In this document: positions 37,511-49,983 of the stretch, piece after piece
Position numbering within the stretch: the first letter of the stretch is position 1
How the letters are laid out: every line of letters begins with the position of its first letter
Source of the DNA: Camelus ferus
Lineage: Eukaryota
Length of the DNA stretch: 64,000 bases
NCBI RefSeq assembly: GCF_009834535.1
Contig: NC_045707.1
Coordinates: 51,276,001-51,340,000, forward strand
Direction: 5' to 3'
The notes under the pieces: generated by a model
Told to the model about the DNA's origin: nothing
Databases searched by the model: none
The model's input: only the letters and a program-made list of their open reading frames with translations
Translations under genes and position numbers: made by a program

Positions 37511-40239
37511 TGCATTAAATACTTATTCTGTATGAAATGATGGCTTAAGAAAATGTAACAAGTATATAGAGGAAGGGATATGACTTCATATCCTTGACAG
37601 TAACTCAGAAACAAGTGGCATTTACATAAATGCTAAAATACTTTAGAACACTTTTAAAATGTGTTTGTTAAGAACTCAGTTTCTGCTGACTTGAGGAATT
37701 TCAAGTGCTTTCTGATGACATTTGAAATCACATTGAATATCATTGAGAGTTTGAGTTAACTATTGTTGAGATTTACAAATTGGAAAATCATTAGACAGGA
37801 AACCTGTTCTGTCCTCATATTATGTAGAAGTTGAACTTTTGCCATTTTAAAAATATACTTTTCATTTCTCTAAATGAAAAATAACCTGCTCAATAATAGA
37901 AATTTCCTTATACTGAGGCCACCTAGAGGTTTCTCTCTGGCCTCTGGGTTCCTGATTTTCACTGCTTCAGCTTGAATATTGTCTAGTGTCCATCTTGTTT
38001 GACCCACTCATATATCTTAATCTACTGATTCACAGGCAACTTATAGGTACCATTTAATGTTCCAGACACTCAAGAACTCCCATGCTCTGCTGAATTCTGA
38101 ATGCATCTCTATTTACCCCTCAAGGTACTGCCACCCCCAGTGATCATCCACACCTGAGGTCACTTTGAACTCTCTGATATATGGATCTCAAATTTTCTTT
38201 CCTCAATTTCAGCTGTACACACCCAGGTAGATGTCAGAATCTCTAGTTACTGTGTGAGGCAAATGCCAGTAGTAACCTCAGTCACAGGAAAAACATCATT
38301 GTCTCTTAGTGATCCACTGGCCCATCTAACACCAGTTCCTGTGAGGAGAAAAGGATTAGAATATCAGTCCTAAATTCTTATCTCATCCCTGTGGCTTCCT
38401 AAAACTAATTAACCCTGGTCCCTGGTGGCCTTTGGTTGCTTTTGTTTCTTTGCCAACCTAGACATTTCCCAACTGGCTTTAGTGAACAATCTGTCCTCTC
38501 TGCTGCTGCCTTTGGCTCTGACTTTGTTGTGTCTGGTCCTAGGTCTGTTTGCCTTGACCTTGGTTATCTATGAGATATCTTGACTCTTAACTATGTTCTG
38601 ATTATCTTATTTCTCTGTTTTGGTCCCTCCCTTGACTTTCCAGGTTTAATAACCAGTCTGTCTGTGTTTTCCACTGGTATTTATATTTGGCACAACAAGA
38701 TAATTAGCATTGCTAAGTGAAGGTGGGTTCTGGGACTTTGATACCTAAAAATTATGATTAGATATATCAAATTCTTACTATATTTTCCAGGAAGCCAGGT
38801 GTTTGCTTCAAACTATATGGTTTTAAAGGTATAAAAATTCCTCCTGGTTTATAGCCAAACTCCATTAGTGATGATTAATCATAATAAAAGACCAAATGAA
38901 AATTAGAATGTTGCTTAGACTTTAAGTTAAAATGTGGAAGCAAATCTCTCTGGATTACCAAGGGGGGCTTACTTTCCTAAATGTTCTGAATTAAGTTTAA
39001 ATTAAACATATGCAATGGAGTAACATTTTGAAGATTATTGATGTGCTTTTTCATTTTGCTTTTAGTACAAAACCATTGTCTTAGTTTGCCTGAGGCAACA
39101 ATATGTCTGGGGGAGATTAGGATTTGTTACAGAAGGAATACAAAGGATTTGTTACAGAAAAAATAAAAGTGAGAAAGTAATAAAGAAATATGTCATGAGA
39201 TAAGTTTCTTGGAGTTAAGGTTAGTTTCCTCCCATAATGATAAATTAAATTATTAGCTATTCTAGAGAGAAGAGTTCCAATATTTTTATATTTCCCATAT
39301 TTTCAAATAACACATACTGGAGTAGTCATTTTAGAGCTCTCCTATAACTTATAGAACATAACCCTGCCCTCCATGAAATCTTGGCCCAGTGGAGCTTGGA
39401 AAGAAGAGAGACAGAGAGAGGAAAACAAAGCAATCAGAAGTGGTTCTGCATTTTCCCTTCTCTGGGCTTTGGCCCCAAAGAGAGTTAGAAAAGAGGGCAT
39501 TCTAGCAAAGTTAGAAGGAAGCTTCTGTTCCTCATTTGAACTCTCAGGGGGAGGCTACTTGCAAGGGGCCCTATAGACAATGGCACATAACCAACTGTTT
39601 CAAAGTGGGATGACCAGTGTGGCCTATTAAGATAAAAAGTGATTCTGAGGATGTGCTTTTCTAAGGCATCCTTGATGCTCACATGGATCTTACCAACAAG
39701 AGGTCACCATTGTTGAGATGAAGTTAAGGACTGTAGGAGGACCTCCCTAACCAGGACCAAATAAGAGTTTCAAGAAGACCTCAGGTTTCTACAGCAAGAT
39801 CTGAGGTGAAGGTAGTCAGATATGAATACCACAAGTAGCAGTGTTTTTACCAAAAGTATGGCCTCTGAAGTATATTAACCATAGACTTCAGCATCAGAAG
39901 AGAGTGGATCAGTCAGAATCTAGGAGGGGAAAGAGTATTTTTGAACCACTGGAGGAGTAGGAGTGAGACAACATGAAAATTAGAAGATTTAATGTTTTCT
40001 CTCCCATATTATAAGGGTAATAAGCCACACCCCTCCCCCAGACTCAAGGGATCAATCATCTGAGCATATTTTATCGAAGAGACGCTGTACTCAAGCTCAT
40101 CTTAAACTAGATTGCATATTTAGTTGTATTTTTACCCCTAAGTAATCAGAAATGGATAGGTCTCTGGAGAAAGGCCAGATTACAGAAAAAAAAAATACAG
40201 AAATCATTTTTCTCAATATAGACCTAACTTTTAGTATGA

Positions 40240-40975
40240 GTATTTGGCAACATGACTACACATATCTGAAACAGAGCTCATGATTTCATCATGATTGACT
40301 TCTCTCCCTGTCCCTCTCATCCCTGCCAATAGCAATGATGTTCTCTTTGTCATTCAGGCTCAAAGTCCAGAATCATCTTTAATTCTGTTTCTTCTCTTCC
40401 CTCAAAATCTAAGTGTGAACTTTTGCAGGTCTTACATTTCTGACATTTCCTTTGGTTTCTCTCTGTACTTCAACAGCTTCCTGATTGGTCTCTTTTCCTC
40501 AAGACTCTCTCTCTCACACAGTCCTTTCTGTGCATAATTTCTAGATTAATCTTGTTAAATGAAGTCTGATTTTATCCATTACTCAATTCTCAAAAACAAT
40601 CAGTAGTTTATCATTATCTACTAAATTACATGCAAACATCTAAGTCTTATGTAAGGACTCTTGCAAAAAATGACTACAACTTACTTTTACTGTTCTATCT
40701 TCCCTTTATCTCTATGAATATTCTGTGGAATGGCCAAAGTGGAGTACTTTTACAGTAGAGTTGCAGCTGGCTTTTAAGTCCTGGTGTTTTAGCTAGTGCT
40801 AATTGGGTGTGTGTGTGTGTGTGCACGTGCACGTACATGGGATGTCATCATTTCTGCCTTACCATTTTCTTCTTTTTAAATTCCTCATGGGTAAATTCAC
40901 TCCAAACCTTACAGTGACTTATATGTGATACATATGATAGATATTTGGAACTACTTGTTGAATTAAATATACAAC
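40240..40975 (+). mobile_element. L2 fragment with internal (GT)n at ~40807-40823
   Basis: tcattcaggctcaaagtccagaatcatc...caacagcttcctgattggtctc...acttgttgaatta. Confidence 0.6.
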
Positions 40976-42647
40976 TTGATAAGGGCAGAAGGTTCAACTC
41001 TGATGATGGGTGAAAATAATGACCCAAAAGAAACTAGAGATCATCCTCTGTACATAAAGGAGAAAGGTTTTCAGGAAAAGTAGGAAAAAGTTCCAACAGA
41101 ATAAAAGAATGATGAAAGTAAGTTCTGAAGATCCCTGTTGTGACTCTGGAGAAGGCCCTGACTGTGAGAATATGCATAACAATTTGGATGCAACTGAAAT
41201 TTGCCATGAGCCCATAATGTCTGGAATGGGGATGGACCTCCAGAATACAATGGCATTAGGAAAGTAGGCCGTACAGGAGATACAGTTCAGACATTAAGAA
41301 GCAAGTTGCTTTAATGGGTATAATTTTCTTCATCTTTAGCTATTTCAAATGAATGACTAGTTTACAAGGTGAACCATCTGCTGTCATAGGTATGAAAAAA
41401 AGGAGGTTTTCTTTCTCTGTCAGCCACTGATCCATGTTCAATGTTATGTTTTTGTGAGTGAAGCTTATCAATATATTTCTGTTCTGTCAAAAGAGTACAA
41501 TTTTAGTGACTGAAAGAGATGATATAGGCTTTATTCTTCTGATGCAGACTGGGAACATCAAAGGACCACGTGACTTCGGAAAAAAGATTGGAATATTGTT
41601 GAGAAAGGAGAAGAGAAAATCATGTGTCCTTATGGCTTGGCTTGGGTTAACAGTTTTTGAATTTAAATGCTACAAAACTTGCAGTTGAAGATTGTACTCA
41701 TTTTTGAGCCACCTGCTTGGGATTGTTGCTGCTGTAATCTTATCTTGATAACTGTCAGAATAGTACTTTCTGAGAACTATTTTTATAAGGCTTATGGTTG
41801 GTCAGTTAAAGATTCATGAAATGGGGAAATAGACAATAATCAAAGGCCAGGAGAAAGCTGGGGACCCTCTATCATGTCTTTTTAGTCCTGTTTCTATGCT
41901 TGCAGTGCTTCCCTGTTGTGTATGTGAAGGAAAGGCTCCCACCATTTGGTTGTGATACATATGTCTGTTAAACAATAATGCAATAAGGTGGAAAATTCTT
42001 TTAGTACACAGAATTCTCCTAAGTCTGATTATCAGCATTTCTGAGAAAAAAAAATACCTTGATTGGCCTATGGAGGTGGAATGTGAGATTGCAAGTACAT
42101 ACTCAAGGAAAAAAAATACAATTACTAATTTGTTGTACATAAGATACAGAAGTGAGCTTGCAGGCTCTGAAGGAGAAGATGGGGGAAGGAAACAAGCATA
42201 ACAAAGAAAAGAAGGTTCAAGAGAGGGAAAACATCTAGTGAGTTTTGAGTGAGGGAAGGACTGACATAATTCATTTATTGCATTGTGTCCAGGAAGAGAA
42301 TTTCACATCCTGAAATATTGACTTTAATTTATTTGCAGTGAGGGGGAGGATGTAAAGGCACTCTCCTGAGCTTTTTATGGAGCCATCAGTAAACAGATCA
42401 CTAATTTTATTTATCGATGTGTAAGTACATTCTTTTAGGTTAAGTCAAAGAGGCATTGAATTCTAAACCAAAATTAATACAAAGGTAAAATAGGCTGCTA
42501 TAATAATTAGAGAGTAAGAAATCATCTGATATCCAGGGTACAATATGTTTTAAATATTTGGGATTAGTTAGATAGCACGTAGAGTTGACAAATGCTAAGT
42601 TCCTTCCATTAGTTTAAATATAGGTTGTTTGTTTCAACACTACATAG

Positions 42648-42800
42648 TTTTTTTGGGTTTTGTTTTGTTTTTTGCCTTTTTTGAGGGAGATGATTAGGTT
42701 TATTTATTTAGTTAATTATATTAATGGAAGTACTGGGGATTTAACCTAGGACCTTGTGCACACTAAGCATGTACTCTAACCACTGAACATACCCTACCCC
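42648..42800 (-). mobile_element. tRNA-derived SINE, camelid Vic-1-like
   Basis: Reverse complement reads ggggtagggtatgttcagtggttagagtacatgcttag...ggttaaatccccagtacttcc, with Pol III A- and B-box-like motifs, then aaataaataaacctaat and an A-rich tail. Confidence 0.85.
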
Positions 42801-42999
42801 CAACATCATTCTTAAATCTCTTTCTTTTTCTGTCTCTGTCTTTCTCATGCTCTCTCTCTCACCTTGTGCAAACTAGAGCATACTAGATAAATTATAAATA
42901 TTAATCATTCATTCATTCAGTCAAAAATAACAGGTACTCAGTAAACAATTTTTAACTCCCTTCCTGACTCCCTTAAGTTAAAGTCCTCAGACACTTCTG

Positions 43000-43165
43000 C
43001 TCCATAATCCTGTAAATACTTTTGATTATAGTGCTTATCTTAGTATTTTTAATAATGTTTCTAATTCTATCTCTGGTGTTAGACTATGGGCTTCTCCAGT
43101 ATTTACTTTTTTGTTGAGAGTATATCATTCACAATGTTTGGCATGGGTAATTATTTGTTGAATGC
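43000..43165 (+). mobile_element. L2 3' end
   Basis: tagactatgggcttctcc...cacaatgtttggcat...atttgttgaatg. Confidence 0.5.
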
Positions 43166-43237
43166 TATTGTATTTCTGTATTTCATCTAATTTGCCAGAA
43201 TATGGCTATGCTATTTCCTTCCTCCACCAACTCTGTC

Positions 43238-43259
43238 CTTTTTTTTTTTTTTTTTTTTT
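43238..43259. repeat. poly(T) tract
   Basis: Seen directly. Confidence 0.95.
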
Positions 43260-43476
43260 GACTTTGCTCATCATTTTGCATCATCTCCACTGACAGTGCT
43301 CTCTCTCTCACCTTCACCTTTTCCCCTCTTGACTATGAGCCCCTTGAGAACACGGCTATGCCTCCACATTTACCTGGGCCTTCCCAGCATCTGGCCAGAA
43401 CAGTTGCACTACAGGACTAAACTGTTGGTCAGATCAACATTCTTGTGGATCAGAAGCTCAGCACCTAGAACATAAG

Positions 43477-43478
<2 letters not shown>

Positions 43479-43527
<49 letters not shown>
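43479..43527. repeat. Perfect (AC)n microsatellite, about 24 units
   Basis: Seen directly. Confidence 0.97.
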
Positions 43528-43530
<3 letters not shown>

Positions 43531-44397
43531 CTTTTAAAAAACAAGTTGAATGGATGAATGAATAAATATTTTCTATTCCTAGTTATTCTTCAAACACCTG
43601 ACACAACATTTTATTCATTCTTTTCTTGGCATCTGCCTTATTTATTTGTGTACTTGTGTGTGCCTATGTGTAAGACGATGTTTGCATCTCTCCTTTCTTT
43701 ACCAATCCCCCACCCTTACCCACATTATAAGTTCTTTCATGAGAGGAACTATGTCTTAATCATTTATTTTTAACTCACCAGAATATCACATATTAACACT
43801 CATAATTTTAATTAGATTATAACAAGAAGCATTCATTTTAATAGCATATGTTTCTTTAATTGTTTAAAGTAGGTTAGTTTTGTGTTTTCAACAAGGGTGA
43901 AATATCCTTGATTGAGGTACAATGTCTTTTTCTATTTCTTCAAGACTTTGTACCTACTTGGGAATATAATAGCACATTCAGAATTACTTTCCAAATCATT
44001 AACTTTGATTTCCCAGGTGTATAAATTATTTTTGAGTAGTGTTTTGAACACTGAAGGTTTTGACTTATTTGGCATCTGGATTTGTCTGACAGATGATTTA
44101 AAGAGTCTTATAATTATAAAATATGATCGTTTATTGAGACAGATGTACATATGGTACACCTTTTGAAATTAAATGAAAAGTGCCTGAGTCTAACATCTGT
44201 GTTGAAGGCATCATCACAGCAGGTCTCCCAGGAACTATTGGATACTTTCCTTGCTTCCAGTAGAAATAGTCTTTTACCATGCCTGTTCTATAAAAGTTTA
44301 CTGTTTTCTTTCAGAGACATATCTTTATAGATTTGGTTTTATTTCACAATCGTAAGTGCCTTTTATAGCCATAGGTTTATTAGGTTAAATTATATAT

Positions 44398-47087
44398 TGT
44401 GTTAGAATGTAGACTAAGCTTCTACAACAGAATACTCCAACACACAAGGGCTTAAATTCCTAGTTTATTTTTCTTGTATGTAACAGTCCAGAAGTGAGCA
44501 GTCCAAGCTGGTTGGGGTGGCACTGCTTTCCTAGGTCATTCAGGGACCCAGTTTGATTCCTCTGATGGTTTCATCATTCCCTAATGTGTTGTATTTGTCT
44601 ACTTTGTCAGAGGTTGATCACCCTTTGTCTGCAATCTAACAGAAATAATGGAGAAAAGTCCAAAGCAAATGTCTTTGTTTTTAAGGAGACAACTCAAAAG
44701 TTACTCACATAAATCCCTGTCCTATTGGCCAAACTTAGATACAGTGCTGTGCTCAGCTGCAAACAAAACAAAACAAGGTATAAATCTGTAAGCTGGGCAA
44801 ACCAGGTGGCCAGCTAAAACCCCAAAGACTCTATTATTAAAATGAAAATGTAGGGAACAGATACGGGTGGACAGTCTGATTCAGTCTGCTCCTCTGGCCA
44901 CCCTCCATGAGTACCTCTTTCCCACATGTAGACCATACTCTTTCCAAATGAGCTAGTCACATTTCTTTAAGTTATCCCATCTACATAAAAACTGAGGCTA
45001 AGCTGAGTGTTGCATTTTCCTCTTTGTCAAGTTTCAACTTAGCCCTTTGCAATCTAGTAACCCATAAACTAATACAAAAGTTATGTATAGCTCTGATACA
45101 CAGCATACAGTGGTGGAGCTGGAGAAGACTAACCACCATCATAATCTCTTGTTAATAAGGTAGGAAGGATGGGAGCAGTCACTGCTCCATAGGAATGACA
45201 AAAAATATGGTATGAATAATTTTAAGATACTTATTCTAGTATTGGAGTAAATTCGACTGGACTCTTATCCTGATCTCTGAAGGGATCTCTCTGGTCTATT
45301 TTCCTTAAAATCCCCTGGTTCTTCTCTCTGGGGTAGGACTGAGTATTTTTCTGTCTGTTACCTTCCCCCCCCCCCCCCATAACTGAAATGGGCATTGAGA
45401 GTACGCTTTTCAGGAACACTGATTTAGGGACAGTTATGGGCTCTTGCTGGTCAGACTTAGAGCTTCTTTGGCAATACAGATTCCTCAAAAATTTAATAAG
45501 CTTCTAAGCCTACTTGCTTCCAATAAAATTCATGTGAAAATCACCACATTCAGGTTACTTTTATTACTAGTTCTTAAGCCTCTGAGATATTTTATTATTT
45601 ACTGCATCTGTGCTTGATCTCTCCTTCTCCCTTTCAGTTTAACACTAGCTAGTTTAAAGTCTTTGTAAAATGTAGGTTTCAAGTAGGGAGTTAATCTGAT
45701 CTTTGTCCCAGAGCAGTTTCTGGCTGTTTGACTAAAAAGTTTTATTTAAGAGAGAATTTAAAGAAGAGTTCTGAAGGACAGACATAGCTTCTGCTGTTGA
45801 GAGCACAAAAGCAGTTGACTTTTCCAGCCCTGTGAGGCCAAATACCTCCCAGTCAGAATAGATGGATGCCACAGGTAGAAAGTGTCTCCAATAAGAAGTC
45901 TGTTTTCTTTAATCTCAACTTTCAAATTGGCCTATTCATACATGAGCTCCTTTTTATTCTACAAGATATTCTAAAAGAAGCAAGGAGCCACCATCACTCA
46001 CCAGTATTCTGAGTTTTCCAATCAGTTTTCCAGAGCAATAGGCTCAGCAAGTATGTTGTCTGCCTTCCAGTTTTTGCCAGATTATGTCTTAGTTTGTGCT
46101 GCTGTAGTAAAATAATATAAACTGTGTAGCTTAAATAGTAAACTCATATTTTCTGACAGTTCTTGAGGCTGGAAATCTGAGATCAGGGTATCAGCCATGG
46201 TTGGGTTCTAGTGAAGAGGCCTATTCCTGGATTACTGATGGCTGTCTTCTTGTTGTATCCTATATGGTGGAGAGAGATCATCTTTCTTGTGTCTCCTCTT
46301 AAAAGGGAATTAATCCAATTCATGAGGGCTCCATCCTCATGATTTAATTACCTCCCAAAGGTTTCACCTCTAAATACCATTACACTGGGAATCAGGGCTT
46401 CAATGTATTAATTTTCAGGGACACAAATAATTAGTCCATAGCATATTGCATTTTTGCTGCTGGCTTTATTAGGGATAAAATAGGTCACTACCTTCTTAAG
46501 ATTCAGTATCTGTTTCCCCATCACCATCCACCTAATTTTTAAACCAGTAACAAATATTATGAGTTCTATTATTGAGGTCTCACATCTCATACCAAAATTT
46601 TACTTGAGATGAGGAACAAGATAAATCTCTATAACAAATGATCCCAAACTGTTGTTATTTTAAATGAGATTAAAGTTTATTTTCTCATATCCTACCAGAG
46701 GAGAGAGATCAAGGCTGCTAGAATAGGTCTACTGCAGTAAATCATGGATGTAAATTGCTCGTAGGATAATATCCAAGTTGATGTCCCATCATTAACTGGG
46801 ATATTGTCTTCTATATGGATTAGAGGCAGAGAAAAGAGAATGCTGAGAGCAAATAGCTTCATCTTCAAGGCAGTGACTCTGAACTTGCACATACTTCCTG
46901 TGCTCACATCCCATTTGACCGAGACTTAATCCCATGGCCATACATAGCAGCTATGATGGATGGGAAATCAAGTCTGTAGTAGAGTGTCCCAGCTCCATGG
47001 AGGCTAGACTAACAGGGTTCTGTTATCTAAGAAAATAAAGAAAGCAAACAAAAAAGAAAAATTAATTCTTGAGGACACTTAGCAACA
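44398..47087 (-). mobile_element. MaLR provirus: two old MLT1 (J/K-like) LTRs (~44398-44890 and ~46600-47087) flanking an MLT-int internal region
   Basis: Both LTRs share the same layout (ct.taacaaa/aacagaa...gtttattttt ctc...attggcc/atttgacc...actta...cagct). The internal region ends in the PPT-like ggccagagg (minus) and starts with aaaattttggtatgaga (minus). Confidence 0.65.
46085..46443 (-). mobile_element. MLT1A/A0 solo LTR nested in the MLT-int region
   Basis: tgtcttagt...cagttcttgaggctggaaatc...catgagggctccatcctcatga...ttagtccatagca. Confidence 0.85.
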
Positions 47088-48239
47088 TAAAATACCGATT
47101 TATAAAGAATTATACTCAATTTCAAAGACATTTATTTTCTCTTACTAACGATTGGTTTTTGTCCTGTGTTTCAGAATTGAAGCATTAGTAACAAATATCT
47201 CTTAGTGGTTACTAAAAGTGGGACATAGGAAATTTTTCTATACTCTTGAAATATCATCAAAACCACAATCAAATAGAGAATTCTTAAAATTTGGAGGAAA
47301 TAGCTCAATCACAGCAATAAGCAAACACTTTTTCCCACTAATTCTTAAAAATATTCATTTTTATAAAAATACAGTATCTGTGAACTGAACTTAACTACTT
47401 TTTCTTCAGCAATTTATTTGGGTCACTGCACTTTTTATACTACTCTTTATTGTATTCTCTACAGAATTCTCAATTGACTGCAGAAATGATTAACAGTAGG
47501 CTCCCCTGCTGTTCAACTCGGTCATTTATGACTTCACCAGATGGTTTTGCTTTTTGGGCCAATGATTTTTTTTTTTTTCATAGCGTTTCCCCTCCCCTGG
47601 ATACAGTCAAGATCTAAAATATGACACTCATTTTAATTTCACGACTAAAATATAAATTACTATGCATATACATCTTCTATTTTCTGCATGTTTAAAGCTA
47701 ATGACTAGAATGTTTGCTATTAGCTGTGGGAAAGGTAATTGTAAAATAATACCTATTTTCCACAATTACTTTCTTCACACACCTCTGTTTATTATAGTTC
47801 TCTAATAATTCAAGTACCATTTGTTTTTACCACCTTTTGCAATCATCCCTTTGGTTACTTCTATGAATTTGCTTTATTTAACAAGTATATTTAATGTGTT
47901 GGTCAGGTCCTGATGAGGAAAGCTTATCAACTGTTACTTTTCTAATTATTTCTAGACTATATAAATAATACATAGTTTGAGATACAGTGATATAGTTAAA
48001 CAAAGAAAAAAGGAGAAAGATTAAACTGCCTGAAAATTTCTCCCATGTTTTAATTCAGTTATGTCAGTCTATCTGGCAGACAAAAACGTTATGAAACTTT
48101 ACTTCTTTCATTGGTCATATAACATTTTCAGAAGTTGTTATGATCTTAGCATATGATCTAGCAAAGTTCTTATATTTTTATCACTTACTTTATAAATTAT
48201 TAATTCTTATATTGATAAATTAATTAATAATTGACACAT

Positions 48240-48548
48240 TACTAATGTCTTATATTATCTCTGCGTGGCCTAGCAAACGTTTGTTTACCAAACATCTGCT
48301 TTTTCATCTCCATATAAATTACCTTCCTCTCCTTTGAAGTCCCAAACCACACCCCCAGCATCCCCTTTTGTCTTGCTGAAGATGGTATTTAAATTGTGGA
48401 CTTCAGCCATTTTGGCAAGTTACTCAATTTTCTGTGGTCTCTCCCATGTATATAAGTTATCAAACTTTTGTTTGATTTTTCTCCTGTCAATCTTAGACTA
48501 GCTGGAAGAACCTAGAAGGGTAGAGGAAAGTTTCTTCATTCCCCAACA
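48240..48548 (+). mobile_element. ERV1 LTR 3' part (MER34/LTR39-like)
   Basis: ctgaagatggtattta...ggtctctcccatgtata...agaacctagaagggtagaggaaagtttcttcattccccaaca. Confidence 0.7.
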
Positions 48549-49150
48549 AAGGAACATTGTAGAAAGAAAGAAAACAACATAAACTGAGCATACGACTACC
48601 AATAATTTGTTATTGCTGTATCATAAAATGATACAGTATTTTATTGTAACAAGTAACAAGAGATAAGGCTGGAGATTGGGTAGGAGGCAGGTTAGAAGCA
48701 CAGTAGCATCTAATACATAGTGGAGTTTCAGATGAACAGTCTTCATTGACCCAATCACACAGTCAATGAGCAAATATATTGATGTCTTATTCTATGCTGG
48801 GTACTGCTTGTGGTGTTTTAGTTTCATGGCCAACATGATCCTCACATAGAATGCATTCTTTTACTTCTGATTGTCTTTAGGGAAATTTTTTATATATAAA
48901 AATTAATTACATGATTGAAAGTTACTGCTTTTATTTCTTCTGAGTTCCTAGACCTATTTCCTGTAAAAAATTTGGGGCAAGTTGAGAGTCATTTTATGCA
49001 AGTAAGGATTGATACAGAGAAGGCTCACTTTTCCCTTGTGTATGCTTTTCTGCTCTCCAGTACAGCAGAAATGCTGGAAAGCTTTCACACTGACTGCTGG
49101 ATACTTTTTGTCTCTAGAGGACTTCTGGATCAAAGACAAGCCGAGGCCCC

Positions 49151-49532
49151 TGTTATGGGCTGAATTGTGTCCCACTCAAAGTTCGTATGTTGAAGTCCTA
49201 ACCCACAGTACCTTAGAATGTGACTGTATTTGGAGATAGAGTCTTTAAATAAGCAGTTAAATTTAAAGAAGGTCATTGGCTTGGACCTTCGTTCAATATG
49301 ACTGATTTTTTATGAGAATTGGAAATTTGAACGCGGACACAGGCACAGAGGGAAGACCATGTGAAGAAAAGATAGCCATCTACAAGCAAAGGAGAGAAGT
49401 CTCTTAAGAAGCAATGCTGCAGACACCTTGATCTTGGTCTTTTAGCCTCTGGAACTGTGAGAAAGTAAATTTCTTCTGTTTAAACCATGTCATCTGTGGC
49501 ACTTTGTTATGGCAGCCTTAAAAACTAATATA
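49151..49532 (+). mobile_element. MLT1B solo LTR
   Basis: tgttatgggctgaattgtgtccc...agaatgtgactgtatttggagatag...ctttgttatggcagcc...ctaatata. Confidence 0.9.
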
Positions 49533-49776
49533 GCCTGAAAGGACATTGACATGACATCTAAGTGTCCTGAATCCCAGTGTTATCTCAGAGTGCTGGGTAC
49601 TAGGAAGTCTAATACCTCCTACTGTCTTTCTCCCTTTTAATCTGCAACAGCTACAAAATGTCTCTCACAGTGGGGGTGTCAGTAGACAACCACCTGACCA
49701 CAAAGCTCTAATTACTGTGGGCTTCTTTAAAGCTCACTCATTCATTTCAGCATCAGTAACGTTTCTGACATTAGTC

Positions 49777-49983
49777 CAGAATTTCTTAAAATCAACATGG
49801 TATTTGGGTCTTGATAATTCTTTGTTGTAGGGCACTGTCCTATGTATGTACAATGTTTAGCAGCATTCCTGGCCTTTACTCTCCAGATGTCAGTGCACTC
49901 CTCCAGCTTTAGCAACCAAAAATGTTTCCAAAAATTGCCAAATATTACCTTGTAGGCTAAATTACCCTTGGATGAAAGCATTG
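49777..49983. mobile_element. MER20 hAT-Charlie DNA transposon
   Basis: gataattctttgttgtagggcactgtcct...tgtttagcagcattcctggcct...caaccaaaaatgtttcca...ttgccaaat. Confidence 0.8.

Noticed and set aside
42735..42800. tRNA gene
   Set aside because: It is the tRNA-derived head of a SINE with degenerate boxes and a SINE tail.
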